Source: a virus
Taxonomy: Duplodnaviria > Caudoviricetes
Direction: 5' to 3' (one strand)
Virus record (IMG/VR): IMGVR_UViG_3300021387_000106
Coordinates: 1-64,000 of that record
DNA: 64,000 bases
The position numbers were made by a program, and so were the translations under genes. Below, one piece after another: positions 9,995 through 18,867 of the stretch (position 1 is the first letter of the stretch; each line of letters starts with the position of its first letter). The notes beneath the pieces were generated by a model. That model searched no databases and was not told the origin of the DNA. It worked only from the letters and a program-made list of their open reading frames with translations.

Positions 9995-12515
9995 CTTTAA
10001 ACTCCATAAAATCAAACAACGTTGGAGATAACATATCCATTTCTGCCTCTTTTAGATACGTCAATCCGTCTCTATAATATTCGTGATTCAATTCTATTGA
10101 CAAACCTCTTCTGCCAAGTTTTATAGCACAATAGGCAACAGTTCCAAGACCACCATACATATCAAGCACCAAATCACCTTTATTGCTCCAACGCTCAATG
10201 CAGCGTTTCACCAAATCCAACGGCAACGGACAGATATGTACTTGCTTGTCTGCCTTTGCCTGACGGGTATTCAATGTGTCAGTACGTCGATAATCGCCCA
10301 AATCCCAAATATAGTCTTTGTGGCTTACTGGTGCAAGCACGAACGACTCCTTGCTCAGTCTGCCAGCAGCACCCAACGTTTCAGAGAAAGCAACGTGTTC
10401 CTCGTAGTTGTAGAGGTGTTCTTTGGCAAACTTGCGGTAGTAAGCTCGTATTCCGTCCAAGTCCATATTCTTGATGTCATCATAGGAAAGCAGCCTATCA
10501 CCACTATCAGACCAATGCGCATGAGCATCAATCTGCCAACGTGCGAGAGAATACTCGTCTTTCGACTTGACTACTGGTATATCAGCATAGGCATCCTTCG
10601 TATCACTCGGCTCTTTGCGGAAGATAAGGATATACTCAGGACAGCCGACTGACATCTTCGTGCCATCCTTACACATTTCCGTATAGCCAAGACGATACGA
10701 CTTGTTGTTTTCCTGAACAACGTCAGTATCGACAGTTATACGTCCGCAGTACTTGAATCCGTGCTTGATGTAGTGCAATACCGACAAATCGCTGAATGGA
10801 ACGATAGTTTGGAAGCAAGTACCACCCTTATAGCCACTAAGAACTCTATCCTTAACATGGATGCAAGCGATACGTCCGGGCTGCAACACTCTCAGTAGAT
10901 GCGGAGTGAGGAAGTCCATTTGCTCAAAGAACTTATCGTTGTTCTCGTTAAAGCCGAAGTCATTGTATGCACTGGTGTACTCGTACTGGTTACTGAACGG
11001 AATAGACGTTACAATCAGACCAATGGAATTATCCTCCATATTCGGCAACTCCAAGCAATTATCGTTATTGATAGACCGCCACAACTTGCCGCTTTGTTCC
11101 TCACGCTTAGAGAACATATAACGCTCCAGTCGCTTAATCATGTCAGTACCGAAGAGTCCGTTCTTTCTGAGCAAGTCTGCCATCTTGCCTACCATTTCGT
11201 TGTGTCGCTTCCACTTCTGCATGAAGGTTTTGTAGATTTCCTGCTCTGATTCAGCATAGACCAAATACAGCGTAACCTCATGCTTCTGCATGAATCGGTG
11301 AATACGTGCGATAGCCTGGAACTTGTCATTAAAGCGATAGTCAATGAACATTATAGCCTTATGGCAATGGTGTTGGAAGTTCAGACCCTCACCAAGCATT
11401 TCAGGCTTTGCAGCGAGATACTTCAAACGACCTTCCTTAAAGTCCAGTACGTTCTTATCCGCTTCATCGTCATTCTGACTGCCATAGACTGCCTTACAAC
11501 CATCAATAGCCTTGCAGAGTGCCATACGCTCCGCTTCGAGGTCATGCCACAAAAGGAAGTGGTCGTTTATATTCTCAGGTCGATTAATTATCTCCACAAC
11601 ACGCTGAATCTTTGCAGGCATTGAATCCCTACGCTCCTTTGCAGCAGCTTGCAGACCTATTGCAGCATCACGGAACATTCTCTTTTGTCCGTCATCGTCA
11701 TATCCAGCTGAATCGTTATCAACACCCACGACTTCCTCAATTACCGTCAGTTTAGGCAACTCGTAACCTTCATCGGAATAGCCCAAGTCAGAAGGTTTGG
11801 TAATGAACAAAGCCCACGTCGATACCCAAAGCCAGAACTCTTCTTGCTTGTGCGGATAGAGAGTAAGGTTATTGTTCTTTGTTTGGTCTCGCTTGAAGAA
11901 ACGCTGAATAGCTTGGTTAGTGTCCATCACGCCTAAGTAGCCAGCGTATTGCACCATTTCGTCGTATCTGTTAGGACTTGGTGTAGCCGTAGCGACAAAC
12001 TTGTATTTCACATTGGCAAAGCGAGGAAGGAAAGTCTGATAGGTCTTTGTATCAAACTGGCGCAGTACCGACGCTTCATCAAGTGAGGTAGCGATAAAGT
12101 AGTTTGGGTCAATCCTCACACCATCCTCTCCATCACGTACACGCTCATAGTTGGTAATGAACACGTCACACTTATCAAGATTAGCCTCAACTTCCTGCAT
12201 AGTCTTGACATAAACGACATTCATATTAAGCCATTCCTTCGCCTGAGTAACGAACTCTACAACTACTCGACGAGGACAAACCACCAAGCCCTTACCGCCC
12301 TCATGGGCTGCAATAAGTCTCAGTATTTCCAACTGAGTAACGGTTTTCTGCATACCGAATGAACTGAATATGGCACGTTGACCGCCACTAACAGCCCATT
12401 TTACGGTATCTCTTACGTGTGGAAACAAAGAAGGTGTCAGTTCATCATCTGACACCTTGAAACCACTTTCAATACTAACGGCCATCTTAGACCTTAAAAA
12501 TTCGATATATTCCAT
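9975..12515 (-). CDS. SNF2-like helicase fused to an N6A/N4C DNA methyltransferase
   Basis: FGMQKT, LDEAS, TATPSPN, GEGLN, RIHR helicase motifs; VTSIPF, HICPL, VLDMYGGLGT MTase motifs. Confidence 0.88.
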   Translation of the reverse strand: MEYIEFLRSKMAVSIESGFKVSDDELTPSLFPHVRDTVKWAVSGGQRAIFSSFGMQKTVTQLEILRLIAAHEGGKGLVVCPRRVVVEFVTQAKEWLNMNVVYVKTMQEVEANLDKCDVFITNYERVRDGEDGVRIDPNYFIATSLDEASVLRQFDTKTYQTFLPRFANVKYKFVATATPSPNRYDEMVQYAGYLGVMDTNQAIQRFFKRDQTKNNNLTLYPHKQEEFWLWVSTWALFITKPSDLGYSDEGYELPKLTVIEEVVGVDNDSAGYDDDGQKRMFRDAAIGLQAAAKERRDSMPAKIQRVVEIINRPENINDHFLLWHDLEAERMALCKAIDGCKAVYGSQNDDEADKNVLDFKEGRLKYLAAKPEMLGEGLNFQHHCHKAIMFIDYRFNDKFQAIARIHRFMQKHEVTLYLVYAESEQEIYKTFMQKWKRHNEMVGKMADLLRKNGLFGTDMIKRLERYMFSKREEQSGKLWRSINNDNCLELPNMEDNSIGLIVTSIPFSNQYEYTSAYNDFGFNENNDKFFEQMDFLTPHLLRVLQPGRIACIHVKDRVLSGYKGGTCFQTIVPFSDLSVLHYIKHGFKYCGRITVDTDVVQENNKSYRLGYTEMCKDGTKMSVGCPEYILIFRKEPSDTKDAYADIPVVKSKDEYSLARWQIDAHAHWSDSGDRLLSYDDIKNMDLDGIRAYYRKFAKEHLYNYEEHVAFSETLGAAGRLSKESFVLAPVSHKDYIWDLGDYRRTDTLNTRQAKADKQVHICPLPLDLVKRCIERWSNKGDLVLDMYGGLGTVAYCAIKLGRRGLSIELNHEYYRDGLTYLKEAEMDMLSPTLFDFMEFKDETAKT

Positions 12516-12545
12516 GTTTGACTTTATTTTGGGAATTTTTGATTT

Positions 12546-12570
12546 AATGTTTTGCCGATAATGTAACCAT
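12546..12570. repeat. Left inverted repeat flanking the mom-like gene
   Basis: Core TGCCGATAATGT (12553-12564); 21/25 match to the reverse complement of 13180-13204. Confidence 0.8.
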
Positions 12571-13186
12571 GAGGAAAAGAATAAAGAAGCAGCCCATTAC
12601 TGACTTATTCGGTGGGTGCATCGGTTATGAAGCACCTGAGAAGGAAATCAAGATAATGGTATGCGACAAGTCTCAGGCAGACAGAATCATTGAAAAGCAC
12701 CACTATTCGCACAAAACCACGTCCAATAGCTTTGTATCACTTATCGTACTCTACAAAGGTAAGGTAGAAGGTGCGCTGCAATGCGGCTATGGCATACGTC
12801 CTCAAATCAAGGGCGATTACAAACCCGAAGAAGTACGTGAGTTTGATAGAATGTGGCTATCTGATGAAATGCCTAAATTCTCTGAAACCATTGTGCTGAG
12901 TCTTTTCCACCACTTTATGCGTTTGGCATATCCTAACGTAAAGGTATTAATCAGCTATGCCGATACTACGGCGGGGAATAACGGAACTATCTACAAGGCC
13001 GCCAACTATGAACTTGTTGACAGACTGCAAGCTGATTTTTACCTTTTACCATCAGGCGAACGTGTGCACCCCGTCTCTATGTGGCACAGACACAAGACAA
13101 GAGCGTGGGATTTCCTGCAAAAGCAGTACCCTGGTATTATCCATATCCGTAATGGCGAACAATTGAAATTTGTGTTTCGATTGTAA
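12569..13186 (+). CDS. Mom-family (GNAT-like) DNA adenine modification protein
   Basis: IIEKHHYSH, EFDRMWL, LISYAD...NNGTIYKAAN; the only rightward gene inside the leftward operon. Confidence 0.78.
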   Translation: MRKRIKKQPITDLFGGCIGYEAPEKEIKIMVCDKSQADRIIEKHHYSHKTTSNSFVSLIVLYKGKVEGALQCGYGIRPQIKGDYKPEEVREFDRMWLSDEMPKFSETIVLSLFHHFMRLAYPNVKVLISYADTTAGNNGTIYKAANYELVDRLQADFYLLPSGERVHPVSMWHRHKTRAWDFLQKQYPGIIHIRNGEQLKFVFRL

Positions 13187-13204
13187 CATTATCGGCATAA
13201 TATT
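13180..13204. repeat. Right inverted repeat flanking the mom-like gene
   Basis: Core ACATTATCGGCA (13186-13197). Confidence 0.8.
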
Positions 13205-13754
13205 ATCGGGTCAGATTGTACCAATCAGTTTCTTCTTTCCAAGGATCTTCAATCCTCATGTAATCACAGCCAACGTGTTCTACCTCGTCACTCTCCAAGT
13301 AAGTAACTTGCCAAACACGAAGATTCTCAGGAAAGAAGTCACGGACACTTGGTAGAATGTTCAATTGCATGGTCTTATTCGTGAACTTACCGAAATTGGT
13401 ACGTTTCAGCAATTCATTGTTGCATTGCTTGAAATAAGCCATATCTGCCTTTGTCTTTGGCATACAGATGATTCCATCACATAGCTTGATTAGGTCATCT
13501 ATCTTCCAAAAGTCACAGATAGAGGTTTCGACAAATACCTTGCGCTTGATGCCAGTCACCTTATTCATGGTAAAGATAGCCTGCAAAAGTCTCTCCAGAT
13601 TGCGCTTGAAAACAAACGGCTCACCACCACAGATAATGATTTCGTCATAGTCAAAAGAAGCAACAACTTCTTTCGGCTCATCTACATTATCAAAAGTCTT
13701 TTGAGGCCAATCGTCTCGCAAAACTCCTGTTACGAACAATCTTAAAGTTTTCAT
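13203..13754 (-). CDS. Degenerate radical-SAM-like protein lacking CxxxCxxC
   Basis: LRLFVT...YDEIIICGGEPF resembles a radical-SAM N-terminus; cluster cysteines absent. Confidence 0.5.
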   Translation of the reverse strand: MKTLRLFVTGVLRDDWPQKTFDNVDEPKEVVASFDYDEIIICGGEPFVFKRNLERLLQAIFTMNKVTGIKRKVFVETSICDFWKIDDLIKLCDGIICMPKTKADMAYFKQCNNELLKRTNFGKFTNKTMQLNILPSVRDFFPENLRVWQVTYLESDEVEHVGCDYMRIEDPWKEETDWYNLTR

Positions 13755-13877
13755 GTTATGCTATTTATTTATTCGTGCATTACACACTGATAGTTTCCTT
13801 ATTCACGTCACCAGTTGGCTCCCATTCAGAGAAGTACTGGCTTTCAGTTTGCTTTTCCATACAAAATACCTACTATT

Positions 13878-14465
13878 TCAAGATTTCTTCTTATCTTTCT
13901 CGTTGACAAATTCAAAATGTAACCCTTTGTATGCACGACCCTTATTACATGATTCACGGATGCAATAACCGCTTACACCAACCTTACGTGCACAATCCTC
14001 AACAAAGGGGAATACCTCTCCAGTTTCCTTGATACGTACTGGCTGTTTCCAGCCTACACGCTTGCGACCAACACGCTTTGCATAGTTTATGGCACTGATT
14101 CTCTTCAATTGGAACTTGAAACCTTTCTCTCGTATTTCCTTGATAAACCTATACGCCTGGTCTGCCCAATTGAACACCTTTTCATCTACGCAATGCCCAC
14201 CTTTCAACACCTGTACAATGAACTTGTGAGCCTTATCAGTACCATTATCGAAGTTCACATTCATCACCATACGGATAGGGTCACTCTCCCAAGTAAGTTC
14301 AGGCAGGGTTATCCCAACGGATTCCATGTGCGCTAAGAGTACCTGACCCTTTGCGTCATAGTCACCTCTCCATTTCTCTTTAGTAGTGTCGCGTACTGGC
14401 TTCTGCTTGAAAGCACGATAACCGCCGCCTATTCCGCAGGCAATCCAAATAAAATATTGATTCAT
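13878..14465 (-). CDS. Hypothetical protein with C-terminal NUMOD1-like HTH
   Basis: ETGEVFPFVEDCARKVGVS...YKGLHFEF. Confidence 0.6.
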   Translation of the reverse strand: MNQYFIWIACGIGGGYRAFKQKPVRDTTKEKWRGDYDAKGQVLLAHMESVGITLPELTWESDPIRMVMNVNFDNGTDKAHKFIVQVLKGGHCVDEKVFNWADQAYRFIKEIREKGFKFQLKRISAINYAKRVGRKRVGWKQPVRIKETGEVFPFVEDCARKVGVSGYCIRESCNKGRAYKGLHFEFVNEKDKKKS

Positions 14466-14839
14466 TCTTCCTTTTGCTTTAGATTTTCACGCACCCAATC
14501 GTAGTAGCTTTTGGCTACTTTTTCGATTTTCTCAATGTCTCTGTCCTCGGTTAATTCCAAATCTGCACGTCCGTCGTACCAGTTACCCATGATGATTAGA
14601 ATGGTAACACCTATCTGATTCCTCTTGAATTTGCCTACGGCTCTGTCACCATACTTGCGCCAGTCATAGACAAGGAAGAATATCTGATAGGATGGAGTCA
14701 TACCACTATTGGTTTTGTAGTAGTCAAACCCTTGCCCCCAATGGTAATCTTCACGTTGGAAAGGAACTCTGCCTAAATACTTGGTATAACCTCTTTCGGC
14801 AAGTTTCTTCTCTAATGTTTCCAGTTGTTTTGCAGTCAT
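14462..14839 (-). CDS. Hypothetical protein
   Basis: 125-aa ORF, overlap-coupled. Confidence 0.6.
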   Translation of the reverse strand: MTAKQLETLEKKLAERGYTKYLGRVPFQREDYHWGQGFDYYKTNSGMTPSYQIFFLVYDWRKYGDRAVGKFKRNQIGVTILIIMGNWYDGRADLELTEDRDIEKIEKVAKSYYDWVRENLKQKEE

Positions 14840-14915
14840 AAATTAGGTAAAGAGAAAGGGGTGAGATTCGGTAAGTAATCCCACCCCGAAGTAAACGTTT
14901 TAAGCCAAACGGAGT

Positions 14916-15461
14916 TTACTTATTCAGTTCTGCATCGGCAGCTTCTTTCTTAGCACGTTCCTCTGCAAGGTTATCAAGATGCTTATCACGCTCCAACACA
15001 CCAAGGAGTTTAGTCTTGGTAATGTTCACAATCTCCCAATCCTCAGTAGAGTCCTTATAGACGACTTCTTTGATAGCTGTGCGAGCTGAAACGTCAGAAG
15101 TAGCCTGAACCAAGTGGGCGCGAGTGCGTACCTTGGTTTTGGTCTTAACACCGCCCTTGCGAGTCTTAACCTCAACTTCCTCGGTAACGGCAACCTTTAC
15201 AAGCCAGAAGTCCTCAATACTACCTTGGTCGTTAAAGCAGATTTCGCCATACTTAGGACGAACAACTGACTTAATCTTGATAGCACGGTTAGCACAATTC
15301 ATTTCGGCACGAAGTCGAGCTTCTGCCTGAGTGAAGTCAACTGCCTCTACGCAATACTTCTCGGTCATGGTCTTTTGCAGACCCTTCTCATTGGTAGTGG
15401 TGTACTCAATCGTACCCTCGATCCAAAAGCCACTACGATTTCTTAAATTCAATTCAGCCAT
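14916..15461 (-). CDS. DUF4494-like protein
   Basis: EKGLQKTMTEKYCVEAVDFTQAEAR...HLVQA. Confidence 0.75.
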   Translation of the reverse strand: MAELNLRNRSGFWIEGTIEYTTTNEKGLQKTMTEKYCVEAVDFTQAEARLRAEMNCANRAIKIKSVVRPKYGEICFNDQGSIEDFWLVKVAVTEEVEVKTRKGGVKTKTKVRTRAHLVQATSDVSARTAIKEVVYKDSTEDWEIVNITKTKLLGVLERDKHLDNLAEERAKKEAADAELNK

Positions 15462-15479
15462 TTTTCTTGAACTTTTAAA

Positions 15480-15755
15480 TTAATAAACACGATTACGTCT
15501 CTTACGTCTGTCATGACGGAACTTTCGTGCGTACCTTGCACCGAACAAAGCTATCTCGTCATTGTTTCCGTTAGCCTTGTGAGGCTGTCCGTAGCCTTTT
15601 GGTGCAGGGTCATAGCGACCTGGTATAACCGTCATAATTCCGTTTACTGGTTCACGATGTGGAACTAAAGCACGATGCGGAGGCATGAGAGTTCTTACAT
15701 ACCTCCCTTTCTTGTCGAACTCGGCGACAAAATCATTTCTTTTGAACTGACCCAT
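15480..15755 (-). CDS. Basic hypothetical protein
   Basis: 91-aa ORF. Confidence 0.55.
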   Translation of the reverse strand: MGQFKRNDFVAEFDKKGRYVRTLMPPHRALVPHREPVNGIMTVIPGRYDPAPKGYGQPHKANGNNDEIALFGARYARKFRHDRRKRRNRVY

Positions 15756-15799
15756 AAAATTTTATGAATTAAAAATTAACTTATAAGTGAAATATCGTA

Positions 15800-16159
15800 T
15801 CAAAAAGTGGTGTAGCTAACCGCCCACATGATAGGCTGTGACATGAGCCACAAGAAAGTTAGCAACAATAGTAACAACAATATATCCAGTAGCCGTGAAC
15901 GATGCCTAATGTCACAACGGACAAAACTCATTATCCCTCGCTTGTAAGGGCAACAGAGTTTATTCAGCACGTCATACTTATCAGCACCATAGGCAAGCAT
16001 CATAATGCTTACACCAAGGTTTCTTGATGAATACGGCTCATAGACAATTCGGTATCTTCCCATATATGCTACACATAGCACCGAATACACGCTTGTCAGT
16101 ACCCGGTTGATAGCCGACTGAATACGTGGACTATTTCTTTTCTTGTATCTGAGCTTCAT
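15800..16159 (-). CDS. Hypothetical membrane protein
   Basis: C-terminal Leu-rich hydrophobic helix. Confidence 0.5.
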   Translation of the reverse strand: MKLRYKKRNSPRIQSAINRVLTSVYSVLCVAYMGRYRIVYEPYSSRNLGVSIMMLAYGADKYDVLNKLCCPYKRGIMSFVRCDIRHRSRLLDILLLLLLLTFLWLMSQPIMWAVSYTTF

Positions 16160-16346
16160 CCTTATTCTCGTTTAGATTCCAGCCATTCATCTTATAGACA
16201 AAACGCCTTGCAGAGTCCTTAGATGGAAAGTCCATGATGAACTCTCCAGTAGAAATACCATTTCCGTGATTATGATTCTTCCATACACCCCACATTCTAC
16301 GATGTGGCGCATAGTAGAACTGACCTTCTTTCATTTCTGCTGCCAT
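16131..16346 (-). CDS. Small hypothetical phage protein
   Basis: 71-aa ORF overlapping both neighbours. Confidence 0.6.
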   Translation of the reverse strand: MAAEMKEGQFYYAPHRRMWGVWKNHNHGNGISTGEFIMDFPSKDSARRFVYKMNGWNLNENKDEAQIQEKK

Positions 16347-16711
16347 ATCTGATATGATATTGTGTCACCTTCCACAATTACCTTTTCACCAGCTTTGTCG
16401 TACATCTGAGTGAATTTACTCAGCTCATACGATAGAGAGTCACGCTGATGTTCAGCACCAACGGCTCTTGCTCTCATGCTTGCAAAGGTAAGCACCCAGA
16501 CTAACGCTACGACCACAATAGCGGCTCCTAAGACGATGTTAGGGTAGTTGCCAGTAAATCTTACCATTCTGCGCCACAAAGCCCTCAGTAGGCTTAATAC
16601 AGCACCGATTAAACACGTCACGATTCGGAATATTCCCCAACAGAATTTCCGAACACCTGCCAGTAGGCAAGTTAGCCACTGGTGGAAGTCATCGAATAAA
16701 AGATAGTTCAT
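16331..16711 (-). CDS. Membrane protein
   Basis: Hydrophobic segment IVLGAAIVVVALVWVLTF followed by a coiled region. Confidence 0.6.
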   Translation of the reverse strand: MNYLLFDDFHQWLTCLLAGVRKFCWGIFRIVTCLIGAVLSLLRALWRRMVRFTGNYPNIVLGAAIVVVALVWVLTFASMRARAVGAEHQRDSLSYELSKFTQMYDKAGEKVIVEGDTISYQIWQQK

Positions 16712-16722
16712 AATTTTATGTT

Positions 16723-17277
16723 TTAGAATAAACTTAGTTGTTTCGGTTCAATCCTGCCTTCTTTCGTAGAAGGAGTAATAAAGAGATTCTGATAGATGAA
16801 GAAAAGAGGCGCAACTGTTATGCTGTTTCCTGCAAGTCTGTATGCAGCCGACTTACTGATACCGCTATTAAGTATGGTATCAATATCGTTTTCCTCAACG
16901 TCCTGCAAACGGAAGCACTCACGTTCCGTAAGTTTGCGGATGCGCATTATAACAGGAAGTATGTCATTGCAGAAGGGAATAAAGCTATCCTTTGCCATTT
17001 CCTTATGTGCTTGCGCCAAAGTGTACTCGCATAGTAGCTTCAATGGTCCCTCAGGATTCCATTTCTTAAACAGCCTATCCATGCGTTCAAGTGCTTTGTC
17101 GGTGAATTTGCAAACTTTATCGTCTGAATTGTTCGCTTGATACATTGCAGGGAACACAATCTTGAACAATTCCAGGCACTCGTCCTGAGTAGCCTCTTTG
17201 CCGTATGTTCTGCGATAGTAGCGATATACGACCCTCACGAATCTATGAAAGTCGTTATACATCTTATTCTGTCTCAT
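16723..17277 (-). CDS. C5-cytosine methyltransferase C-terminal part (motifs IX-X)
   Basis: RIRKLTERECFRLQ (IX), YRLAGNSITV (X); ends QLSLF. Confidence 0.88.
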   Translation of the reverse strand: MRQNKMYNDFHRFVRVVYRYYRRTYGKEATQDECLELFKIVFPAMYQANNSDDKVCKFTDKALERMDRLFKKWNPEGPLKLLCEYTLAQAHKEMAKDSFIPFCNDILPVIMRIRKLTERECFRLQDVEENDIDTILNSGISKSAAYRLAGNSITVAPLFFIYQNLFITPSTKEGRIEPKQLSLF

Positions 17278-17446
17278 ATACTAAGTAAATGTTTATCTGC
17301 TGTGTAGTAGTAACCGTTGGTGCAGGATTCTTGATATTGGTTATTTGAAGTTCGCTGACACCTCGTTTATCATCGGTATCTGACTGGTAGGCTCTGATAT
17401 TGCCATTTGGCATTTTCTTGAATCTGATGAAGTCTGCTCTACTCAT
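17264..17446 (-). CDS. TRD-like cassette 10 (60 aa)
   Basis: ...NPAPTVTTTQQINIYLVYETE*. Confidence 0.7.
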   Translation of the reverse strand: MSRADFIRFKKMPNGNIRAYQSDTDDKRGVSELQITNIKNPAPTVTTTQQINIYLVYETE

Positions 17447-17637
17447 GTCTCATATACCTCTACTAACAAATTATCCTTCGCCCCGGCAGTAGTCAAAGCA
17501 CCCATCATTCCGTCTTTGGCAACGTACTGAACTTTGCCTTGGCTGTATTTAGCCCCTGCATCACCATGAATATGCCTGCGTTCCCTTTCCTCAAAGGTAC
17601 GCATCTTTCGTAGCTGCTGTGCGTCAATCAGTCTCAT
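17443..17637 (-). CDS. TRD-like cassette 9 (64 aa)
   Basis: MRLIDA...DGMMGALTTAGAKDNLLVEVYET*. Confidence 0.7.
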   Translation of the reverse strand: MRLIDAQQLRKMRTFEERERRHIHGDAGAKYSQGKVQYVAKDGMMGALTTAGAKDNLLVEVYET

Positions 17638-17791
17638 ATACCAAGCAAAGCATTGAATCCTTTGTTATACTCGTTACGGAATTGGCATACATTTCAGAGT
17701 TAAGTTCGAGTTGCTGTATATGCTCTGATACGCTCCAGTCGCCTTTGCTTCTGCCACGATAGGCGCAACCAATAGCCTTAATCAGTCTCAT
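17624..17791 (-). CDS. TRD-like cassette 8 (55 aa, not in ORF track)
   Basis: Hand translation MRLIKAIGCAYRGRSKGDWSVSEHIQQLELNSEMYANSVTSITKDSMLCLVYETD*. Confidence 0.72.
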   Translation of the reverse strand: MRLIKAIGCAYRGRSKGDWSVSEHIQQLELNSEMYANSVTSITKDSMLCLVYETD

Positions 17792-17921
17792 AAGCCAAAA
17801 CTATTAAACTATGGTCTATGTTCTGAGTCAGAGCATTTGAGACTCGCCAACGTCCAAACTCAAAAGTCATTCCGTTATCTCTCATTCTCTTAGCACCATT
17901 CTTTGCGTCAATCAGTCTCAT
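17778..17921 (-). CDS. TRD-like cassette 7 (47 aa, not in ORF track)
   Basis: Hand translation MRLIDAKNGAKRMRDNGMTFEFGRWRVSNALTQNIDHSLIVLAYETD*. Confidence 0.65.
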   Translation of the reverse strand: MRLIDAKNGAKRMRDNGMTFEFGRWRVSNALTQNIDHSLIVLAYETD

Positions 17922-18060
17922 AGACAACTCTAATCTTAGGTTCGACTCCTACATGGCATCCACAAGTCAATGTTGGTGCAATGCCGTTTGGCTCATAGAC
18001 CATACCATTTTGCTTCGATACCCAAACGTTACCTATCACAACAATCTTATTCGTTCTCAT
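17908..18060 (-). CDS. TRD-like cassette 6 (50 aa)
   Basis: MRTNKIVVIGN...MVYEPNGIAPTLTCGCHVGVEPKIRVVYETD*. Confidence 0.75.
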   Translation of the reverse strand: MRTNKIVVIGNVWVSKQNGMVYEPNGIAPTLTCGCHVGVEPKIRVVYETD

Positions 18061-18208
18061 AGACCACTGCTGCAAACTGATCTGTATTGCCTCCTGCTCC
18101 AGTAGAGCCGTGAATGGTGTTCGCAACGTCCTTACGATGATAGTTCAGTATCTCGCCATTGTCACGGCTACGAGTATAACCGAAGATGAAAGAATCAATC
18201 CGTCTCAT
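18047..18208 (-). CDS. TRD-like cassette 5 (53 aa, not in ORF track)
   Basis: Hand translation MRRIDSFIFGYTRSRDNGEILNYHRKDVANTIHGSTGAGGNTDQFAAVVYENE*. Confidence 0.7.
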   Translation of the reverse strand: MRRIDSFIFGYTRSRDNGEILNYHRKDVANTIHGSTGAGGNTDQFAAVVYENE

Positions 18209-18360
18209 AAATCACCATTACACCAGTTGCTCCCCAATCATTCTGATACTGAAAGTTAATGCGTCCTGTCTTAAAGTACTGGCTTTTGAGAGTCCTACAA
18301 GTACCATCATCAAAAGTATTTAACCCTCGCAAATCGGGGGGGTAATTTATTGGTTTTCAA
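18195..18360 (-). pseudogene. TRD-like cassette 4, out of frame at a C7 homopolymer
   Basis: DLRGLNTFDDGTCRTLKSQYFKTGRINFQYQNDWGATGVMVIYETD* is in frame with the junction TTG only if C7 (G7 at 18336-18342 on +) becomes C6 or C9. Confidence 0.6.
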
Positions 18361-18538
18361 TAACTTGCGTGACATAATACATACAATTACCATCTATACG
18401 AGCCTTGATAGTTCCTGCAACGCTATCATTCCAAATGCCATTGTAGGTATCTAACCAAACACCATCTTTCATAGGTGGTGTATTGCTTTCTATTAGGCTT
18501 TCAAGACGAACACCGCCAGTAGGCTTATTCCGTTTCAT
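18347..18538 (-). CDS. TRD-like cassette 3 (63 aa)
   Basis: MKRNK...LDTYN...VAGTIKARIDGNCMYYVTQVIENQ*. Confidence 0.7.
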   Translation of the reverse strand: MKRNKPTGGVRLESLIESNTPPMKDGVWLDTYNGIWNDSVAGTIKARIDGNCMYYVTQVIENQ

Positions 18539-18710
18539 ATATCTCATAAATAACGTTTCCTACGCTGCGATACTCATTTGCAGTAACGGTAGGGCAAATA
18601 TCCTCATGCAACCAGCCTCGCTTGTCTCTCTTGCACTTCCATTCCATTTCTCTATTAAGAGGGTGAATACTGGCAAGACAGCGACTTGGTGGTGTTTTAT
18701 TCAGTTTCAT
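18525..18710 (-). CDS. TRD-like cassette 2 (61 aa)
   Basis: MKLNK...DICPTVTANEYRSVGNVIYEIYETE*. Confidence 0.7.
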   Translation of the reverse strand: MKLNKTPPSRCLASIHPLNREMEWKCKRDKRGWLHEDICPTVTANEYRSVGNVIYEIYETE

Positions 18711-18867
18711 ACACATACATCACACACGTCTTACAATGTTTGTCGTGGGTATAGTCACTGATGGCTGCAAGGTCATATCTTGTATTGATAGTGTACGCTA
18801 CACCACTTACTGCTGTGTTGTACGGAACTATCCTACTGAGCAAAGATGAAGTTCTCCAGTCCTTCAT
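18697..18867 (-). CDS. TRD-like cassette 1 (56 aa)
   Basis: MKDWR...SGVAYTINTRYD...CVMYVYETE*; start overlaps the end of the N-terminal MTase ORF. Confidence 0.65.
   Translation of the reverse strand: MKDWRTSSLLSRIVPYNTAVSGVAYTINTRYDLAAISDYTHDKHCKTCVMYVYETE

Noticed and set aside
17264-18867. CRISPR array or simple pseudogene decay as the explanation for the regularly spaced TATGAGAC motifs
   Set aside because: Repeats are only ~8-18 bp and degenerate, spacers are 130-190 bp and are open reading frames with shared protein motifs, and no cas genes are present. Random decay would not place frame breaks at the same motif each time.
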